A stretch of DNA of 64,000 nucleotides, from contig CAVVUN010000015.1 of the NCBI GenBank assembly GCA_963751455.1, forward strand, positions 1,408,001 to 1,472,000, written 5' to 3'. The first letter of the stretch is position 1, and every line of letters begins with the position of its first letter. Source of the DNA: Nitrospirota bacterium (GTDB lineage: Bacteria; Nitrospirota; UBA9217). Position numbers and translations under genes: made by a program. Shown in pieces: positions 59,605 through 64,000 of this stretch. The notes under the pieces were generated by a model. The model was given only the letters and a program-made list of their open reading frames with translations. It did no database searches and was not told where the DNA came from.

Positions 59605-60213
59605 TCATATCTTATCGGGAGGCGTCAGTTCCGTTACCTGCTGTCTCTTTTCACGCTTTAAATCGCGCATAACCGGCATCGGCCTTTTTTCCAGGCCCTG
59701 CGGACCGACCTTCCAACTGAGCGGACGCCTTTCACTCCCTACGAGGTCCTGAAGCAACAGCAGCCCCTCCATCAGCGTTTCCGGTCGAGGCGGACAGCCT
59801 TGAACATAAACGTCGACCGGCAGGAAGGAGTCTACCCCCTGGACGACGCTGTACACATCGAACATGCCTCCGGAGTTGGCGCAGGAACCCATTGAAATCA
59901 CCCAGCGCGGCTCCATCATCTGCTCATAAAGCCGCTTGACCATGGGAACAGTCTTTATGAAAACAGTGCCGGCAACCACCATGACGTCCGCCTCGCGCGG
60001 CGTGCTGCGGAGCACTTCCGATCCGAACCTCGCGATATCGTATTTACTCGTCAAACTGGTTGCCAGCTCTATGTAACAGCAGGAGAGCCCGAAGTTGAAG
60101 GGCCAGATCGAGTTTTTTCGCCCCCAGGCGACCAGGTCCTGGAGCGTGGTAAGAATTATGTTTTTCTGCGCGGTATCGCCTTCTTGCCCGGGTTTTGAAA
60201 GAGAGTAGTTCAT
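59605..60213 (-). CDS. nuoB: NADH-quinone oxidoreductase subunit B
   Basis: [24 protein letters not shown]. Confidence 0.95.
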   Translation of the reverse strand: MNYSLSKPGQEGDTAQKNIILTTLQDLVAWGRKNSIWPFNFGLSCCYIELATSLTSKYDIARFGSEVLRSTPREADVMVVAGTVFIKTVPMVKRLYEQMMEPRWVISMGSCANSGGMFDVYSVVQGVDSFLPVDVYVQGCPPRPETLMEGLLLLQDLVGSERRPLSWKVGPQGLEKRPMPVMRDLKREKRQQVTELTPPDKI

Positions 60214-60225
60214 AGATTAATCCTT

Positions 60226-60316
60226 ATTGCAAAATGCAAATTGCAAAGTGCAAATATTAAATTTGAAAAAAGATCAGGTTTTAAACTTTGCAATTTGCAA
60301 TTTGAAATTTTCAATG
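60226..60316. repeat. 7-mer-armed hairpin (TGCAAAN family) between nuoA and nuoB
   Basis: ATTGCAAAATGCAAATTGCAAAGT...ACTTTGCAATTTGCAATTTGAAAT. Confidence 0.8.
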
Positions 60317-60318
60317 AG

Positions 60319-60702
60319 TCACTTTGTACCGCTCCAATCCAGCGCTTTTATCCTCCAGAGATAGGCGAGGGCTGCGGCAAGAATGCTGATGAAGATGACC
60401 ATCTCAACATAGCCGGACCAGCCTGTCTCCCTGATCGAGATCACCCAGGCATATACGAACACAGCTTCGAGATCAAAGATCACGAAGAACATCGCTATGA
60501 GATAAAATCGGATGTGAAACCGCATTCTGGCCGTGCCTGTCGCAGCTACCCCTGATTCATAGGGTTCGGCCGTCTGCCTGTCCCTGTGACGTTCGCCCAG
60601 AAAATACGAGATGAAGATCATCATCGCAACAAGAATGACGACTGCCGCTGAATATATGCCAAGCGGCCAAAGAGACGCTCCATTATGCATATCCTCAATC
60701 AT
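60319..60702 (-). CDS. nuoA: NADH-quinone oxidoreductase subunit A
   Basis: PYESG, FYLIAMFFVIFDLE, ALDW. Confidence 0.95.
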   Translation of the reverse strand: MIEDMHNGASLWPLGIYSAAVVILVAMMIFISYFLGERHRDRQTAEPYESGVAATGTARMRFHIRFYLIAMFFVIFDLEAVFVYAWVISIRETGWSGYVEMVIFISILAAALAYLWRIKALDWSGTK

Positions 60703-60708
60703 GCTAAA

Positions 60709-60736
60709 AGAATAGCATAGTGGTTCTGAAAGTCAA
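60709..60736 (-). promoter_or_regulatory. candidate sigma70 promoter of the nuo operon
   Basis: TTGACT-16 nt-TATTCT with extended TG. Confidence 0.5.
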
Positions 60737-60931
60737 GGTATCGATTTCATTCAGAATTTCACCTGTTGACAAACGATGACAAGGCTGATAGTCTAAGCCT
60801 AAATGGTCATTCTCCGTAGTACTTGAAGGCCGGTCCCGACAAATATTCTCAAGTCAATTCGAACCACGATCGACGACAAGGAATTCGCTTGCCTGATATC
60901 CCGATAATCAATCCATGAAAGGAGCACAGTA

Positions 60932-61666
60932 ATGAAACCTGTATTCGCAATTGCATTATGTTGTCTGATTGCCGTAAGTCCCGCAGCAGCAGAGGAGAAG
61001 AAGCCGGAGGAGAAGAAACTGGAGCTCAAAACACAGAAGGAAAAAGCAAGTTATGCCATCGGTTTGGACATGGGAGGAAGTCTCAAGGCAAATGACATCG
61101 ATGTAGATGCCGAAACACTCATGCGAGGAATCAATGACGCGCTTTCAGGGGCGAAGCCGCTCATGACGAGCGACGAAATCAAGGAATCGATCACGGCCCT
61201 CAAGAACGACCTCCAGGCGAAACAGCAGGAAAAGATGAAAGTGGCAGGGGAGAAGAACAAAAAAGAGGGAGAAGCGTTTTTGGCTGCGAATAAGAAAAAG
61301 AAAGGCGTGAAAACGCTTGAGAGCGGTCTTCAGTATAAAATAATAACAAAAGGCACCGGCACAGGCGGGACGCCCAAAGCGACGGATACGGTGACCGTCA
61401 ATTACCGCGGCACCCTTATCGATGGGACGGAGTTCGACAGCTCCTATAAACGGGGTCAGCCGGCGACATTCCCGGTAAATGGTGTCATACCGGGCTGGAC
61501 CGAAGCCTTGCAGCTTATGAAGGAAGGATCCAAATGGGAGCTGTATATACCTTCGAAGCTTGCCTATGGCGAAAAAGGGGCGGGAAATACGATCGGGCCT
61601 AACGCAGTCCTCATTTTCGAGGTCGAACTCATTTCGATTAATAAATCAGCGCAGTCACCGCATTAA
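60932..61666 (+). CDS. FKBP-type peptidyl-prolyl isomerase (Mip/FkpA-like)
   Basis: Signal peptide, SYAIG, SGLQY, FDSS, VIPGWTEAL, LAYG, FEVEL. Confidence 0.95.
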   Translation: MKPVFAIALCCLIAVSPAAAEEKKPEEKKLELKTQKEKASYAIGLDMGGSLKANDIDVDAETLMRGINDALSGAKPLMTSDEIKESITALKNDLQAKQQEKMKVAGEKNKKEGEAFLAANKKKKGVKTLESGLQYKIITKGTGTGGTPKATDTVTVNYRGTLIDGTEFDSSYKRGQPATFPVNGVIPGWTEALQLMKEGSKWELYIPSKLAYGEKGAGNTIGPNAVLIFEVELISINKSAQSPH

Positions 61667-61707
61667 ACATTTTTTTCGCCTAAAACCGGAAATCCGGAAA
61701 AGTTTCA

Positions 61708-61780
61708 GCCACAGAGAACACAGAGGGAAACAGAAAAACTCTTCGTAGCTTTTCTCTGAGCCCTCTGTGAACTCTGTGGC
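61708..61780. repeat. 9-mer-armed hairpin (CACAGAG family)
   Basis: GCCACAGAGAACACAGAGGG...CCCTCTGTGAACTCTGTGGC. Confidence 0.8.
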
Positions 61781-61856
61781 AAATATTTGTGAAGCGTGGA
61801 TCTCGATTCTCAAGGTGAGGCTATAAACCGTACTCGCTCTCTATCTGCTTGCTCCT

Positions 61857-62651
61857 TTATTTATTCCTCGACTCCTCTTCCCATTCCCTGAGTCTGCTGC
61901 TGATGAATTGAATGATCGCAGCATGCTCCTCAACACCGCGGTCCCTGATCAGCATCGGCTTCCCAAAATCGAACCGAACACGCCGTGACGGAATTATTTT
62001 GCCGTAATCCTTCAGGAATCTGCCGTTGCTCCAGGCGTCGGTTTTAAGCGCGATGGGTACCACGGGGACGCCTGCTTTTTTTGCCAGTTTTATACCGATG
62101 GTGTTGAACGCTTCCGGATCGAAAACAGGCGTGCGGGTCGTCTGGGGGAAAATGATTATGGACAGGCCGGCCTTGAGCCGTTCAGCCCCTCCTTCGAGTA
62201 CGGCCCTCAGGTCCTCGCGGGCGTTTGATCTTCCGACCGTGATCGGGTTCCGCGACCGCATGATATGCTTGAAGACGGGATATTCGACCAGGCTTTGCTT
62301 TACCACGAACGTGGCGTCCTTGAACGGCGCGATGATCGCCGGAAGAACAAAGGTTTCAAGCGTGCTCATGTGGTTCGCTATGAATACGCACGGGCCTTCG
62401 AGGCTTTTGAACGGCTCCGTTCCGGTGATCTCTACGTCTACTCCGACCTTCTCGAGGGCCCGAAGCGTCGCCAGGCTGCTGCCGCACCATTCGGGTGTTC
62501 TGTACCCGCCCTGCCTGGCCAGCCGGCTGCCGCGCCACACGATCATGAAAGCGGCGCAGTAAAAGACCGGCGACGGCAGAGTTCTCGCAATGAAGGAAAC
62601 GGGATGCGACGGCGTCCTGTAAGAGCCGTTACTATAGCGGAGCTCTTCCAA
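61857..62651 (-). CDS. lysophospholipid (1-acyl-glycerol-3-phosphate) acyltransferase family protein
   Basis: ANHMSTLE, VVKQSL, IFPQTTR, PVVPIA. Confidence 0.85.
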   Translation of the reverse strand: MEELRYSNGSYRTPSHPVSFIARTLPSPVFYCAAFMIVWRGSRLARQGGYRTPEWCGSSLATLRALEKVGVDVEITGTEPFKSLEGPCVFIANHMSTLETFVLPAIIAPFKDATFVVKQSLVEYPVFKHIMRSRNPITVGRSNAREDLRAVLEGGAERLKAGLSIIIFPQTTRTPVFDPEAFNTIGIKLAKKAGVPVVPIALKTDAWSNGRFLKDYGKIIPSRRVRFDFGKPMLIRDRGVEEHAAIIQFISSRLREWEEESRNK

Positions 62652-62795
62652 CGAATCTCCTCTCAGGAGCAGTGGTAAAATGACTTTAAAAAAAACGTCT
62701 CAGTATACCATGTGAAACGAAAAGATGGAAGGGGAAAGGGAAAAAACGGAGAACCACACGCGGCATGCTGAGGTGCCGATAGCTCAAAGCTGAAA

Positions 62796-64000
62796 TCAGA
62801 CAAGATCGGCGGAAGGCTTTTTGATGTAAAATCCCTGGGCGTAATCTATGCCGGCAAGCTGGACTTCATTGAATATATCGGCGGTTTCCACATATTCCGC
62901 GATCGTTTTTATGCCGAGGCCGGAAGCGAGGGAAGCTATGCTCGAGACGATCGCTTTTTCGGGCGTATTCGTTCCGCACATGTTCCTGATGAACTCTCCG
63001 TCGACTTTTATAAAGTCTATGGTCAAAAGCCTGATGTAGTGGAACGAGGAATAGCCTGCCCCGAAATCGTCGACCGCGAACCGGAAACCTTCTTTCCTGA
63101 GGCCCTGGACCAGTTTCTGAATCGTGTTCAGGCTTTTCACTGTGTCGCGCTCGGTTATTTCAAACACCATCTTGGAGGGTTCGATGTGATAATTCTTGAG
63201 CAGCGTCCGGATCGTAGGTATGAATTCAGTCACGACCATTGTTTTCGGCGAGAGGTTCAGGAACAGGCTTCCCTGGTATCCGCATTCGCTGACCTTGCAG
63301 AGGGCCATCTCGATAAGCTGGTAATCCAGCTTGCCGATGGCGCCCATGTTTTCCGCGGTCTCGATGAACTCATGTGCGGAGACCACCCTGTCGGACATGG
63401 CGATCCGGGTGAGCACTTCATAGGCCTCTATCTTCATATCCTTCATGTTCATGATCGGCTGAAAATAGGGAATGATTTTCCTCTTCGACAGCGCTTCGAG
63501 CACCATTATGTTCTTCTCGCCCATGCTCTTCAGGAGCTCCACATCGTCATGCTCGCTCGGCATGCTTATTCTGTCCTTGCCGAACGTCTTTGCCTGCGCG
63601 ACCATGCTGTCTGCCAGCAGGTAGAGGTCTCTTGCCTGTTTTGCATGATCGGGGTAGACGGCGACGCCGATCGATGCCGTCAGTTTCACCGTCGCCCCGG
63701 AGGGTGTTACCAGCGAAAACTCACGGAGGTTTTCCAGGATCCTGCGGGCAACGATATACGCCTGGCCCTCGTCGCATACCGGCAGGATCGCCGTAAATTC
63801 GTCTCCGCCGTACCGGGCGGCTATATCTCCCGCACGGACCGCGGTTTTCAGAATTGAGGCGCATTCCTTCAGGAAGAGGTCCCCGACGTCGTGCCCGTAA
63901 TTGTCGTTGAGCGCCTTGAAATTATCAAGATCGAGGACGAGCAGGGAGAATCTGTAGTGCTGCCGTTTCGAGCGTTCGCTCTCATATTGCAGCAGGTCCC
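62796..64000 (-). CDS. GGDEF-EAL cyclic-di-GMP protein (5' end lies outside the window)
   Basis: ARYGGDEF on the minus strand near 63800-63820; EVLTR, FEITE, VDDFGAGYSS, IAEYVE, QGF. Confidence 0.92.
   Translation of the reverse strand, partial: DLLQYESERSKRQHYRFSLLVLDLDNFKALNDNYGHDVGDLFLKECASILKTAVRAGDIAARYGGDEFTAILPVCDEGQAYIVARRILENLREFSLVTPSGATVKLTASIGVAVYPDHAKQARDLYLLADSMVAQAKTFGKDRISMPSEHDDVELLKSMGEKNIMVLEALSKRKIIPYFQPIMNMKDMKIEAYEVLTRIAMSDRVVSAHEFIETAENMGAIGKLDYQLIEMALCKVSECGYQGSLFLNLSPKTMVVTEFIPTIRTLLKNYHIEPSKMVFEITERDTVKSLNTIQKLVQGLRKEGFRFAVDDFGAGYSSFHYIRLLTIDFIKVDGEFIRNMCGTNTPEKAIVSSIASLASGLGIKTIAEYVETADIFNEVQLAGIDYAQGFYIKKPSADLV

Noticed and set aside
42535-61780. CRISPR array or ordinary terminators as the explanation for the intergenic repeats
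   Set aside because: There is no repeat-spacer periodicity and no cas gene. The hairpins lie inside an operon, have long periodic arms and mostly lack U-tracts.
1-64000. tRNA, rRNA, prophage or intact IS elements
   Set aside because: I recognised no cloverleaf, rRNA signature, phage structural gene, integrase or transposase ORF.

Overview
Bacterial chromosome segment, probably from an anaerobic or facultative nitrogen-cycling organism (a Nitrospirota/Desulfobacterota-like gene set; this is inference). 1-4.4 kb is an operon of uncharacterised hydrolases. 4.7-28 kb is a defence and accessory island built on a broken type I R-M locus (truncated hsdR, no hsdS, duplicated hsdM start). The island carries an AT-rich GmrSD-HEPN / ParB-HEPN / B12-radical-SAM / RES operon, rhuM, a DUF3800 + small protein + antisense ncRNA module (ncRNA in two copies), and HigBA, Fic and zeta-type toxin modules. 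28-42 kb holds an 11-heme cytochrome, an RNB nuclease, VapBC, tag, an octaheme nitrite reductase, rubredoxin, norCB, an HD hydrolase and a diguanylate cyclase. 42.9-60.7 kb is a complete nuoA-N operon followed by tkt, then an FKBP PPIase, an acyltransferase and a partial GGDEF-EAL gene. Four non-coding patterns stand out. (i) Almost every nuo intergenic space holds a hairpin whose arms are 7-, 8- or 9-nt tandem repeats, and a gene-carrying relative sits at 6.5-7.0 kb. (ii) Short repeats are inserted in-frame in nuoG and hsdM. (iii) A GGAACCTATAGGGTCA motif recurs at accessory-gene junctions. (iv) Duplicated gene 5' ends flank inserted cargo. All family assignments come from motifs read by eye; no database searches were run.
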